A stretch of DNA of 64,000 nt. Origin: a virus. Lineage: Duplodnaviria; Caudoviricetes. Shown piece by piece: positions 39,200-48,982 of this stretch. Location of the stretch: positions 1 to 64,000 of IMG/VR virus record IMGVR_UViG_2933073624_000001. One strand, written 5' to 3'. The notes under the pieces were generated by a model. It saw only the letters and a list, made by a program, of their open reading frames with translations, made no database searches and was not told where the DNA came from. Position 1 is the stretch's first letter. Each line of letters starts with the position of its first letter. A program made the position numbers and the translations under genes.

Positions 39200-40497
39200 T
39201 GAGCGCCGCCCACCTGCACGCCGTCCCCGACCCCGACCCCGAGACCGACCAGGCTCCGGGCCCGGGGGAGGGGCTGGCCCTTGCCCCGACCGTCGTCGCC
39301 CCGCGGCCCCCGCTCGACGACGAGCTGCCGGACGACGACCAGGACGACGCCGACGAGGACCTGGCCGACGAGGACGACGCCGACGACATCGAGAAGCGGC
39401 CCGGCCTGTTGCGCGAGCTCCAGCCGTACTACGACCCGCGGCCCCTGGCCGAACTCGGCCCGCTCGCCGTCGAAGTCGGCAAGGCGGCCGGCCCCCCGCT
39501 GCTGCGGGGCATTGCCCGGCTCCTGCGCGGCCTGGTCCGTGCCGCCGTCTGGTACGGCCGGGGGATCGGCGTACTCCTGGCCGCACTGACCGGCTGGCTC
39601 GGCAAGAGCGGCGAGGCGCGCGCCCGGCTCGGCGGCGCCGTCGCCGTCCTGTACGGGCTCGTGCACCTGTCGGGGGAGTACCCCTACGTCTGGCCGCTCG
39701 CCGCCGCCGCTCTGGCCCTTGCCGTCCTCCTCGCGGCTGCCGGGCTCATCAAGGTCCCCAAGGCCAAGCCGGAGAAGAAGGACGCCAAGAAGACCAGCGA
39801 CGCTAAGAAGGGCGCCCCCGAAAGCGAGACGGAAGCCCCTTCGGAGAAGGGCTCTGGAAAGCCGGAGGAAGAGCCCTCCGAGGCCCCCCGTAAAGGCCTG
39901 TTCGCCCGCCTCCTTAAGGAGCAGAAAGAGACGGAAGAAGCCCCCGAGGAAGACGACGAGAAAACCCCGGAAGAGGCCCCGGAAGGAGGCTCCGAGAACG
40001 CCCCCGAAGAGGCGCCGGAGACGGCCGGAAAAGAGACTCCCGAGCGCCCTGTGGAAGACCCCCTGACGGCCCTCATCCGGAAGGAGATCGGCACCGAGAA
40101 TGGGGTCCATTTGCGGGACCTCCGCCCGGCCATGCGCAGGGCCCTCCCCGGCCTGGCCGAGGCCGGTGACAAGGAGTTGCGGGCCCTCCTGGTGAAGGCC
40201 GGCTGGGACCCCACCCGTACCTTCCGCGCCCGGGGGGTCGCTGGAAGGGCTGGAGTCCACCGGAATCAGCTTCCACCACGGCACTCCCCCGAGAGTGGCC
40301 CCGCCCCCTCTCCGCGCCTCTCTCCGGCACCTGGAGAGGGGCCCCGACCTGTGAACTCTCCGGTCCTCTCCGCTCCTCTCCAGGGCGGCGGAGAGTGGAG
40401 CGAAGAGGAGAAGGCCCGCGGCTTCCGGTCCGCCCCTGACCCCGAAAACGGCCCGTCGGCCTCGCGGATCGAGCACTATGGGGGTGATCGGAAGTGA
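39196..40497 (+). CDS. membrane protein with Glu/Pro-rich linker and C-terminal domain
   Basis: TM segments, EEAPE repeats, GVHL.DL...RAGVH. Confidence 0.6.
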   Translation: MMSAAHLHAVPDPDPETDQAPGPGEGLALAPTVVAPRPPLDDELPDDDQDDADEDLADEDDADDIEKRPGLLRELQPYYDPRPLAELGPLAVEVGKAAGPPLLRGIARLLRGLVRAAVWYGRGIGVLLAALTGWLGKSGEARARLGGAVAVLYGLVHLSGEYPYVWPLAAAALALAVLLAAAGLIKVPKAKPEKKDAKKTSDAKKGAPESETEAPSEKGSGKPEEEPSEAPRKGLFARLLKEQKETEEAPEEDDEKTPEEAPEGGSENAPEEAPETAGKETPERPVEDPLTALIRKEIGTENGVHLRDLRPAMRRALPGLAEAGDKELRALLVKAGWDPTRTFRARGVAGRAGVHRNQLPPRHSPESGPAPSPRLSPAPGEGPRPVNSPVLSAPLQGGGEWSEEEKARGFRSAPDPENGPSASRIEHYGGDRK

Positions 40498-40754
40498 CGA
40501 AGGGGCGCCCGATGAGCTACCAGTACCGGTGTGAGCAGTGCCGCACGACGTCACCGCCCGTCCTGACGCGCTCGGGGCTGGTCGAGGAGCAGGACAAGCA
40601 CCGGCGGCTGTTCCACGGCGGGCACATTCCCGATGGGGAAATGGTCATCCAGCCCGAGCCGTTCCACTACACCGACATTCCCCGGGGGCAGTGGATCATC
40701 GGCTCGTTGATGGTCCTCACCCTCATCGTCGCCGCCCTGTACCGGATTTCTTAG
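40494..40754 (+). CDS. small zinc-binding membrane protein
   Basis: YRCEQC...H...H; C-terminal TM. Confidence 0.6.
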   Translation: MTKGRPMSYQYRCEQCRTTSPPVLTRSGLVEEQDKHRRLFHGGHIPDGEMVIQPEPFHYTDIPRGQWIIGSLMVLTLIVAALYRIS

Positions 40755-40765
40755 AGGCTCAAACA

Positions 40766-40801
40766 CGAAGGGGCCCCGTACGCTTCGTGCAGGGCCCTTC
40801 G
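40766..40801. terminator. hairpin between convergent genes
   Basis: CGAAGGGGCCC...GGGCCCTTCG. Confidence 0.7.
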
Positions 40802-40833
40802 CATTTCCGGCGGTGGAATGCGACCGTCCTGCC

Positions 40834-41349
40834 TCAGTCCTTGATGGATCGGACGGTCGGCGCCCGCAGACCGGGCACGTCGTACTCCTTGGCAATGTTG
40901 GTGATCGTGCCTTCGGTCCATGGGGTGTGCGGGACGATCTTTGCCCGGGACACCTGGGATGTGCGCAGCTCCTCGGCGACAGTGGCACGGGCCGCCGTCC
41001 ACGCCTCCTTGGTCCGGGCTTCTGCCTGGCGCAGCGCCTCGAAGGCGTCGGCGAGGGTCTTGAGGACAGCCGGGCTGGGGTCATACGGGGGAGGGGAGCC
41101 GCCCGGCGACTTGGGCGGGATGCCGAACTCGTTGGCGATGGTCCGCACGGTCTCCTCGGTCCACGGCGTGTGCTCGGCGACGCGAGCGTTGGACTGCTGG
41201 GAGGAGCGCAGCTCGTCCGCGACGACCCGGCGGGCTTCCTGCCGCGCGTCCGCCTCTGCCTGCTCGGCCTGCTCCAGGGCGGCGAATGCGTCCTTGAACG
41301 GCTGGCTCGGCTCGTAGGGGGCGCGGGATCGCTTCTTCGGGGTGGTCAT
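40834..41349 (-). CDS. internally duplicated (tandem) HTH-like regulator
   Basis: Two repeats PY.PS...DAF.AL.QAE...VA.ELR.SQ.S.A....HTPWTE.T...IA.E. Confidence 0.75.
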   Translation of the reverse strand: MTTPKKRSRAPYEPSQPFKDAFAALEQAEQAEADARQEARRVVADELRSSQQSNARVAEHTPWTEETVRTIANEFGIPPKSPGGSPPPYDPSPAVLKTLADAFEALRQAEARTKEAWTAARATVAEELRTSQVSRAKIVPHTPWTEGTITNIAKEYDVPGLRAPTVRSIKD

Positions 41350-41436
41350 GCGGAGGAGTCTTCCACAAGCCGGTTGCGGCAAACGGCCTGCCCATGAGGG
41401 GTGTGCGATTCACCTGCGAAAACTTAAACCCAACTT

Positions 41437-41465
41437 GGTTATCCATAAGTCACTTGGGTATGGTG
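41437..41465 (+). promoter_or_regulatory. family-B promoter/operator, copy 1
   Basis: 29-mer GGTTATCCATAAGTCACTTGGGTATGGTG, identical at 43226-43254; TATGGT -10-like. Confidence 0.75.
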
Positions 41466-41502
41466 GATGTTGTACCACCCACCACCACCCGAAAGGCCCG
41501 AG

Positions 41503-42561
41503 ATGACCGACAAGCGCGCGCTTCACCAGCTGGCCGGAGTCACCCCGGTCAACGGCGCCACCGGCAAGCTCCCCCACTACCTCGCCGAAGGCGCCCCCCT
41601 GGCACTGTGCAAGCGCCGCACCGGCTCCCCCCTCACCACCGAGGAACTGGAAGCGGCCGACCGGTTCTGCTCCCACTGCGTGAAGGCCGCCGAGAAACTG
41701 GCCGCCGACCGCCCCGCGGCCGACAAGCCGGAGACCGTCCAGGGCGCCGCCGCCCGCGACTTCGCCGACAGCATCGCTTCCCGCGAGGACCGCAACACCG
41801 AGATCCGCGCGCTCGCCGACGCGGCCGGCCTCGCCCTGGCCCACGGATGGGACGACCTCGACCCGCACTTCGCCCACCCGGACGCCGGGGAGACCATGTG
41901 CGACCGGGCGGTCACCCGCTGGCTGTCCGAGGAACTGGCCGCCCGGGTCTCCATCCTGTGCCCGAAGTGCGAACGGGCCGCCCGGCTGCGCAGGGACCGC
42001 CGGATCTCCGAGGCCCGCCAGGCGTGCCAGGAGGCCGGTCCCCGGGTCCGGACCAACCCGGACCCGAAGGACCCCGAGTGGATCGAGGCCCTGGACCGGC
42101 TCGGTAGCGCCCTGGACTACCTGGAGAAGCACGACTCCGTGACGGCCGAGGGCATCCGCAAGGGCGCTGCCGAAGCCGGGGCCGCCCTGGAGCTGATCGG
42201 TCTGGACGAGGGCGTCACCGAGGGAGACCTGCTGATTGCCGAACTGGCCAAGCTCGGCCGCGAGGCCGGCCTGACCCGTGAGGGCGGGGTCTCGTGCGTG
42301 GTCATGGCCGCCGCCTCCGACGCTCCGCCGTTCCCGTACGACCGGCCGCACGTCCTGATGTACGCGGGCGAGCGCGCCGACCGGCCCGCGACCGACCGTG
42401 AAGAGCCGTGGTCCGCTCACCTGTACGGCGCGGACGGCGAGTACATCACCGACATCGGCTCGACCTCCCCGACCCCGCTCGGGCCCCTGTCCGACGCCGC
42501 CCGCTGCGCCCGTGAGGTCGTCGAGTGGCTGGACGCCTTCTGGGGCGCCCCTCAGGCCTGA
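41503..42561 (+). CDS. hypothetical protein with Cys/His motifs
   Basis: GAAAGG RBS; CSHC, CPKC. Confidence 0.65.
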   Translation: MTDKRALHQLAGVTPVNGATGKLPHYLAEGAPLALCKRRTGSPLTTEELEAADRFCSHCVKAAEKLAADRPAADKPETVQGAAARDFADSIASREDRNTEIRALADAAGLALAHGWDDLDPHFAHPDAGETMCDRAVTRWLSEELAARVSILCPKCERAARLRRDRRISEARQACQEAGPRVRTNPDPKDPEWIEALDRLGSALDYLEKHDSVTAEGIRKGAAEAGAALELIGLDEGVTEGDLLIAELAKLGREAGLTREGGVSCVVMAAASDAPPFPYDRPHVLMYAGERADRPATDREEPWSAHLYGADGEYITDIGSTSPTPLGPLSDAARCAREVVEWLDAFWGAPQA

Positions 42562-42628
42562 CCCGCACCACCCCTGGGGCGGGCCGACCGGCCCGCCCCG
42601 ACCACCCGCACACCCAGGAGAGACGCCC

Positions 42629-43120
42629 ATGTACGAGGTCACCATCCAGCACCCCTCCATCGAGGAGAAGACCTTCACGGCCAAGGACGGCGGCGAGCTG
42701 CGCACCCTGGTCTACAGGGTCGCCCGAGCCCAGGGCAACGAGATCAGCGTCGGCGACCTGATCGCCGAGGCCGGGGCGGTCCGCTCGCGCGCCGACATCG
42801 AGGGCGTCGGGCTGATCGAGGTCCACGACCTGACCGTGGAGGTCAGGCCGGCGGAGAACGAGAGCGACTACGCCTGCGAGGGTCACGAGAGCCTCTACAC
42901 CGGCTTCGGGGAAACGGCTTACTGCGACGGGTCGTGCGTGAAGCGCGCGACGTTCGACCGCGTGGCCTTGCTGGAACTGTCGGCGGCGCTCGACGACGAG
43001 GACCTGGAGGAGTCCGGCGGCTGCCCCGACTGCGGCCTGGAGGCCGACGACAAGTGCGCGGCCTGCGGGCTGTGCAACTGCGACCGGCACGACAACTGCA
43101 AGCGGCCGCAGGGTCAGTAG
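42629..43120 (+). CDS. hypothetical Cys-rich protein
   Basis: CEGHESL...YCDGSC; C-terminal Cys cluster. Confidence 0.65.
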   Translation: MYEVTIQHPSIEEKTFTAKDGGELRTLVYRVARAQGNEISVGDLIAEAGAVRSRADIEGVGLIEVHDLTVEVRPAENESDYACEGHESLYTGFGETAYCDGSCVKRATFDRVALLELSAALDDEDLEESGGCPDCGLEADDKCAACGLCNCDRHDNCKRPQGQ

Positions 43121-43225
43121 CGAGCGGCACGGCGCCCCGTCCCCGGCCTCGGGGACGGGGCGCCGTGGTACCCCCCCGGGGTCCGCCCCTTTGCCAACCC
43201 TTTGCCATACCCGGAACCCCAAGTC

Positions 43226-43254
43226 GGTTATCCATAAGTCACTTGGGTATGGTG
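43226..43254 (+). promoter_or_regulatory. family-B promoter/operator, copy 2
   Basis: Identical 29-mer; lies downstream of a terminator-like hairpin at ~43129-43167. Confidence 0.75.
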
Positions 43255-43300
43255 AAGGTGTCACCACAAACCACCACCCACCGGGCGAAAGAGGGCCACC

Positions 43301-43660
43301 ATGCGCGCCAAGACCGCACAGAACCAGGTCCGTTGCCTCAAGTGCGGCCGCACCCTGCGGTCCCCCTCGCCCGACGGCTACGGCCCCAAGTGCAGGCGCA
43401 AGGTCCGCCGCGCCACCAAGACCGCCGAACTGGCCCAGCACAAGCCGCACCTGGTCGAGAAGGCCGTGGAGCTCCTGGAGCAGGGCGGCGTCATCCCTCT
43501 GCGCGACACCCGGAAGAACCAGGTCTTCCTGGTCGTCAGCAGCGACGGGAGCGAGACCTACCGCACCGCCCGCGCCGCCTGCACCTGCCCGGCCGGCCTG
43601 CGCGCCCTGCACATGTGCGCCCACCGCATCGCCGTCCACGCGCTCGACCTGGCGAGCTGA
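43301..43660 (+). CDS. DUF6011-like zinc finger plus SWIM zinc finger
   Basis: CLKCGRTL...GYGPKC; CTCPAG...CAH. Confidence 0.75.
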   Translation: MRAKTAQNQVRCLKCGRTLRSPSPDGYGPKCRRKVRRATKTAELAQHKPHLVEKAVELLEQGGVIPLRDTRKNQVFLVVSSDGSETYRTARAACTCPAGLRALHMCAHRIAVHALDLAS

Positions 43661-43692
43661 CCCCCCTTCACCACCGAGAGAGGACCGACGAC

Positions 43693-44340
43693 ATGACCGA
43701 GTACGACCACGACAAGGCCGCCACCCGGGCCCGCCTCCTCGCGCGCCTCATCCGCAGCCGTGCCAAGGGCCACCCCGACGCCGCCGCCCTGCGGTCCGTC
43801 GCCCGCGGCCTGGTCCGCGTCGCCCGCCACCTCGCCGACGACGGCCACGACACGGCCGACCGCGTAACCCGCGCTCTCTGGCACATCCGCCGGTCCGCAC
43901 CCCACTCCTTCCCAGTCGACGTCATCGCCTACGTCTCCGCACCCCTCAGCGGCGGCCGCGCCCCGGGCCTGCACGACCTGATGCCCGCCAACCCCGAGCA
44001 CGCCCACCGTGAGGCCCAGCTGCGGGCCCGGCTCCTCGAACTCACCGAGGCCGGACACCTCGACAGCACCGAGGAGGACATCGTCGCCGCCACCCTGGCC
44101 GCCCTCCTCGACCTGCACACCGGGCACGCCGCCCTCGCCGAGGACGTCGCCGCCCACGGCCGGGCCGACGCCCAGCCCACCCTCTTCCACCCGCACCGCA
44201 GCGAGCTGACCGGCACGCACCTGCCCGGCCGCCTGACGGTCTCCCACCACGGCCGGCTCATCGCCGAACTCCAGGTCCCCTACGGGATCACCCCCGACGG
44301 GATCTGGCAGATCCTCCGCACCTTCCAGCTCGCCGCCTGA
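43693..44340 (+). CDS. hypothetical protein
   Basis: GAGAGGA RBS. Confidence 0.6.
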   Translation: MTEYDHDKAATRARLLARLIRSRAKGHPDAAALRSVARGLVRVARHLADDGHDTADRVTRALWHIRRSAPHSFPVDVIAYVSAPLSGGRAPGLHDLMPANPEHAHREAQLRARLLELTEAGHLDSTEEDIVAATLAALLDLHTGHAALAEDVAAHGRADAQPTLFHPHRSELTGTHLPGRLTVSHHGRLIAELQVPYGITPDGIWQILRTFQLAA

Positions 44341-44372
44341 TCCGACCATCCCGAGGAACGGAGCCACCCGCC

Positions 44373-45122
44373 ATGGCCAACTACGCCACCGCCCACCGCA
44401 TCGGCACCGAGGACGCCCAGTACGACGCGGTCGCCGTGCACACCGCCCCCGACGGCGCCCGCGCCTACGCCCTCCTGGACGGGTACGTCCACCGGCCCGC
44501 CACCGCCCAGTGGGTCGCCCGCGAGGTCCGCCGCGTCGCCCGCGCCGCCTCCCGCCGGGCCGACGCCGCGGCCGGGCTGCGCCACATCTACCAGCAGCAC
44601 GCCACCGACCCCGCCCGGCAGATGCTCGACGACCGGCTGCGCATGCCCAAGGCCGCCGCGACGGTCGCCGTCTCCGTCCCCGGCGGCCCGCTGACCATCG
44701 CCTGGTGCGGCGACGTCCGCGCCTACCTCCTCCAGGACGGCACGGTCCGGCGCCTGACCGAGGACCACAACATGCGCCGCGCCCAGCCCGCGAACCCGCG
44801 CTTCCCCAAGGGCGGCAGCCGGGACTTCCTCACCAGCTACCTCGGCAACGTCCACAGCGGCGAGGAGATGCTGCGCAGCTTCATGCGCCACCGCGCGGTC
44901 GACTCCGTGACCGTCACCCCCGACGGGCCCTGCCGCCTCCTCCTGGCCACCGACGGCGCCTACGAGCCCCACGAGGAAGCCGGACACGACCTGTACGAGC
45001 AGCTCGGCCACGGCTCGCTCATCCCGGCCGTCCGCGACTTCGTCATCGGCGCGTACGAGACGTCCATGACCGCCACCTGCACCGCCGGGAACGGGACCGC
45101 CCTCCTGGCCGAACTCGGCTGA
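44373..45122 (+). CDS. PP2C/PPM-type phosphatase-like protein
   Basis: EDA, LLDG, AWCGDVRAY, LTEDH, LLLATDG. Confidence 0.75.
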   Translation: MANYATAHRIGTEDAQYDAVAVHTAPDGARAYALLDGYVHRPATAQWVAREVRRVARAASRRADAAAGLRHIYQQHATDPARQMLDDRLRMPKAAATVAVSVPGGPLTIAWCGDVRAYLLQDGTVRRLTEDHNMRRAQPANPRFPKGGSRDFLTSYLGNVHSGEEMLRSFMRHRAVDSVTVTPDGPCRLLLATDGAYEPHEEAGHDLYEQLGHGSLIPAVRDFVIGAYETSMTATCTAGNGTALLAELG

Positions 45123-45252
45123 CCACCGGCCCCGGACCGCGTCCGGACCGTGCCCGGACCACGTCCGGACACGGTCCGGGCGACCGGCCCGCACCCCCCG
45201 CCACCTGCCCGGACTGCGTCCGGACACCCCGCCCCACGAGAGGACCAGCGAC

Positions 45253-45951
45253 ATGAGCACCACCGCCAGCCCCAGCGGCCCCCGACGCCTCGTCCACGTC
45301 CGCACCGGCACCTTCCGCAAGGCCTACCACCCGAACCCCGCCTGCCCGTCCCTGAACGGCAAGCCGGAGACCTACAGCGGCCAGGAGGCCATCACCGAGG
45401 CCCAGGCGCAGCGGCTCGGGCTGACCGAGTGCGGCAACTGCCCGCCCGCCCCGGCGCAGCCCGCCGAGACCGAGTTCGCCACCGCCCCCCTGTACGAGAT
45501 CGCCTACGACTACCGGGCGAACGCGCGCCCCTTCACCGTGTCCGTCGCCGGCCCCGGCCGCCACGACGGCGAGCCGCCCGCCCTGTTCGTCGTCGAGGCC
45601 CACAAGACCGAGGAGGCCTGGGCCAAGGTCCTCGCCTGGTACATGGTCGAGCACGAGACGGTCGACGCGATCGTGGTCGCCGGCGAGTCCTTCCAGGGCG
45701 TCCCCGCCGGACGCGCCTGGTTCTGGCTCGACCTGCGCCCCGAGTACGTGCGACGGGAAGCCCTCGACGACCTCGCCGACCAGGCCGCCGAACTGATCGG
45801 GGCGTTCGAGGAGGAAACCGGCCCGCTCCTCGGCGAGGAGGGCGAGCCGCTGCCCCAGGAGCAGAGCACCTACGAGACCGCCCTCGGTGACGCGGCTTTC
45901 TCCGCCTGGCCGCTCGTCCTGGAGCTCGCGGGCAACGACGGCCGGGACTGA
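45253..45951 (+). CDS. hypothetical protein
   Basis: YH....C..L...C..C N-terminal motif. Confidence 0.6.
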   Translation: MSTTASPSGPRRLVHVRTGTFRKAYHPNPACPSLNGKPETYSGQEAITEAQAQRLGLTECGNCPPAPAQPAETEFATAPLYEIAYDYRANARPFTVSVAGPGRHDGEPPALFVVEAHKTEEAWAKVLAWYMVEHETVDAIVVAGESFQGVPAGRAWFWLDLRPEYVRREALDDLADQAAELIGAFEEETGPLLGEEGEPLPQEQSTYETALGDAAFSAWPLVLELAGNDGRD

Positions 45952-46031
45952 CCGGCACACGCAAGCAGCCCCGACCCACCCGGGCCCGGCGGAGATCCAC
46001 CGGGCCCGGCACCCGCACCCGAAGGAGAGCC

Positions 46032-46730
46032 ATGTTCCGCGAGACCGTCACCCACGCCGGCGGCGACACCGAAGGCACCGCCAGCGAGGCCCACGCCCTC
46101 ATGCTGCTCCGCAGGGCCGCCCGACGCGGCTACGCCATCGAGGCCACCGCCCCCGGAGGCGCCCTCATCACCTGGACCTGCCACCAGCTCGGCGGCGTCG
46201 AGCACCGCTCCATCAGTCTCGTCCCCCAGATGCCCGTCGGCACGCTCACCGACGCCGTCACCCGCGACCTCGGGCTGATCGCCGACCTGCGCCCCGTCGA
46301 GTACGTCTTCAACGACCACGGGCGCCGGATCATCCTCGCCGGGCTCACCGAGATCAGCGCCATGATGACCGCGACCCTCCGCGCCCGCCAGCTCGTCACC
46401 GAGCACCGCGGTACGGTCCGCCTCACCCTGACCGCCCGCCTCGGGCTGCTCGCCGCCGCGCACCGCACGACGACCACCGAGCCCGACAGCTGGTCCCGCC
46501 CCGCCGACGCCGGAATGGCCGCCCTCACGGCAGGGCTGAACCGGCCCGGCCGCCGCGCCGGGATGATCAACCGCACCGCCAGTGCCGCCACGTGCTCCTG
46601 CGGCCGACTCCGCGCCTTCGGCGGCGACCGCGCCGACGCCCGACGCCTCGCCCGCGCCCACCGCCGCGACGCGGCCGCCTCGTTCGTCGAGGCCCTGCCC
46701 GTCAGCTTCACCACCGCCGTCACCGCCTGA
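46032..46730 (+). CDS. hypothetical protein
   Basis: AAGGAG RBS; CSCG motif. Confidence 0.6.
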   Translation: MFRETVTHAGGDTEGTASEAHALMLLRRAARRGYAIEATAPGGALITWTCHQLGGVEHRSISLVPQMPVGTLTDAVTRDLGLIADLRPVEYVFNDHGRRIILAGLTEISAMMTATLRARQLVTEHRGTVRLTLTARLGLLAAAHRTTTTEPDSWSRPADAGMAALTAGLNRPGRRAGMINRTASAATCSCGRLRAFGGDRADARRLARAHRRDAAASFVEALPVSFTTAVTA

Positions 46731-46942
46731 CCGAGTGAAAGGACCGACCCGTGATCGACGAGCGCAAGCGTCCCAGCAGGCCCGCCGGCGAGTGGAGCAC
46801 CAAGCGGTGCGAGAAGTGCGGCGAACAGGTCGAGGTCAGCCGCCACGGACTGCGCACGCTCTGCTCCTGCGACGCGGCCAAGTGACCCCCGGGCAGCGTC
46901 CGGACGACCTCCGTCCGGACGCTGCTCGACCGTCCGGACAAG

Positions 46943-47021
46943 CCCTGACCTGCGGCTTTTCAGTCCGGACACCCGAAACCTCAGCGGGTCACACGCGTTG
47001 GACATAGTGACTACCCACTAA
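46943..47021 (+). promoter_or_regulatory. family-A module copy 1 (degenerate -35)
   Basis: CTGACCTGC...GAAAC-N17-GTTGGACATAGTGACTACCCACTAA. Confidence 0.8.
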
Positions 47022-47064
47022 TCACCCCGGACGGTGTCCGGACAGCCCACAGGAGCTACCAGGG

Positions 47065-48243
47065 ATGACGACCCTCCCCCCTCCCAAGACCCCGACCGTG
47101 GCCATCGCGCGCGTCCTGCGCGGCCTCGGCCTCACCCAAGGACGCGGCTGCGACTTCCGCGTCGAAGGCGACTACCGCAACGGCGAGCGGATCGGCACCT
47201 ACGTCCTGGTCCTCACCCGCCACGCCGACGAGACGATCGCGGCCCACGCCGACGACATCGAGCGCCTGACCGGTGAGTCCGGCTGGGCGTTCCGCGTCTC
47301 CATCCGCTACCTGAGCGACACCGGCCGCCCGACGACCAGCGTCGCCAACTACGGCGACCGCGTCCGCCAAGAGCCCCCGGCCGCGGCACCCGAGCCCGAG
47401 CCGGTCGCGGCGGCCGACCCCGAGCCCACCCCGGACACCGCCGACGAGCCCCCGGCCCCCGAAGTCCCCGAGCCCGGCTCCCCCTCGGCCGGCTACTTCG
47501 CGGGCGCCCGCGTGCGGGCCTGGGGGCGCCAGCGCGCGAACGCGCTTCACTGGTCCGGCTCCCAGGCGTACCTGGTCGCCGCAGCGGCCACCGCCGGACT
47601 CAGCTACGACAAGAACGGAGTGCTCCGCGACCGGCCCCGGCCCGGCTGGACCGGAACCCCCGTCGACGAGACACGCCTCGCCCCGCTCGTGAAGGCCGGG
47701 TTCATCGCCGTCACCGAGCCCTACGGCCCCGGCTCCAAGCAGGTCGGCATCACCCGGGACGGCGCCGAGGCCCTGCACCTGTGGAGGATCTACCGGCCCA
47801 CCCCCGTGGACAAGGACCGCAAGCAGGAACGCGAACCGCTCCGCCCGCTCCTCGGCGGCGAGTACGCCGCTCGCCGCGACCAGGCCGCCGCCGAGGACCA
47901 GCGGCGCCGCGAAGCCGAACGCGAAGCCCTGTACGCCGCCCTGGAGGAGCTGCACGCCTGGGAGGCCTGGGAGGACGCACGCTGGAAGGTGTGGGCCACC
48001 GTCAACGGCATCACCCACCGCCTCGGCCGCCGCGCCCCGTCCGGCTGGATGCCCACCGCCGAGGAGATCGAACTCCACCGCCTGGCCCCCGACGTCGTCG
48101 CCGGCCTCCACGCGGACGCCCTACGGCCCCGGCGCAAGCCCGAACTGCCCAAGACCACCCCGGCCCGGCCGCTCGACGTGACCCCGCTCCCAGCGATCCC
48201 CGCCGAGGCCGAGCAGCTCGACCTCTTCGGCGCCACCGCGTGA
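47065..48243 (+). CDS. hypothetical protein ending in a QLDLF motif
   Basis: AGGAG RBS; C-terminus EQLDLFGATA. Confidence 0.65.
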   Translation: MTTLPPPKTPTVAIARVLRGLGLTQGRGCDFRVEGDYRNGERIGTYVLVLTRHADETIAAHADDIERLTGESGWAFRVSIRYLSDTGRPTTSVANYGDRVRQEPPAAAPEPEPVAAADPEPTPDTADEPPAPEVPEPGSPSAGYFAGARVRAWGRQRANALHWSGSQAYLVAAAATAGLSYDKNGVLRDRPRPGWTGTPVDETRLAPLVKAGFIAVTEPYGPGSKQVGITRDGAEALHLWRIYRPTPVDKDRKQEREPLRPLLGGEYAARRDQAAAEDQRRREAEREALYAALEELHAWEAWEDARWKVWATVNGITHRLGRRAPSGWMPTAEEIELHRLAPDVVAGLHADALRPRRKPELPKTTPARPLDVTPLPAIPAEAEQLDLFGATA

Positions 48244-48311
48244 GCCCCGACACGCGCAAGCGCCCGTCGGCCTCCACTGCGGAGGCGGGCGGGCGCTCGT
48301 CGTCGCGTCCG

Positions 48312-48914
48312 TCAGCTGGCGTCCGTCGCCCTGGCCTTCCGTGCCAGGTCCTTTGCACTCTGGTGGCCGCCGGCGATGTCGTAGACACGCTGGCGCCCGA
48401 CCCCCAGGTGGGGCGCCAGCTCCTCCGCTGTGTGCCCGGCGTCGAGGAGCGCTCGGGTCACGCGCTCCCGGGACTCGCGCAGCCACTTCTGGGCGGCGGG
48501 CGCATCCTTGAGTGTTCGGGTGAGCTTCTTCACCTGTGGGATCGAAGGCAGGCCTTCGTCGAGTTCGGCGAGAGAGGCGAGGGGGCCGAACGACTCGGGG
48601 AGCTGGGTGGGGGCCTGCGCTCCGGCTCCTGCCTTCTTCGCGCGGGCCAGGGCCGCCGAGGTCAGGTGGCCGCTGGCGATGTCGGATACCCGCTGGACGC
48701 TGACCTCCATGTGGGGGGCCAGCTCCTTCCTGGTGACGGTTCCGGAGTCGAGCAGTGCCCGGGTGGTGTCCCTCCGTGTGTCGCGCAGCCATTTCATGAG
48801 GGTCGGCACGTCCTTGAGCGCGCGGGTCAGATCCTTCGCTTGCGAGACGGTGGGCTCGCCGGTCCCGAGAGGGGCGAGCCAGTCGAACGTGTCGGGGAGG
48901 GGTGTGCGGTCCAT
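48312..48914 (-). CDS. tandem-HTH regulator, candidate repressor of family-A promoters
   Basis: Two repeats LTR.LKD.P...KWLR..R...TRALLD.G....ELAPH..V..QRV.DIA.GH; leaderless (TAGGCT-6 nt-ATG). Confidence 0.8.
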   Translation of the reverse strand: MDRTPLPDTFDWLAPLGTGEPTVSQAKDLTRALKDVPTLMKWLRDTRRDTTRALLDSGTVTRKELAPHMEVSVQRVSDIASGHLTSAALARAKKAGAGAQAPTQLPESFGPLASLAELDEGLPSIPQVKKLTRTLKDAPAAQKWLRESRERVTRALLDAGHTAEELAPHLGVGRQRVYDIAGGHQSAKDLARKARATDAS

Positions 48915-48924
48915 ACCCGAAGCC

Positions 48925-48942
48925 TAGTGGGTGGACACTATG
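48925..48942 (-). promoter_or_regulatory. reverse-oriented family-A operator on the tandem-HTH gene promoter
   Basis: Minus strand CATAGTGTCCACCCACTA versus consensus CATAGTGACTACCCACTA. Confidence 0.75.
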
Positions 48943-48982
48943 CCTTCGGGGGTCGCCCTGGCGATGGAGTGTGATAGTGGGG

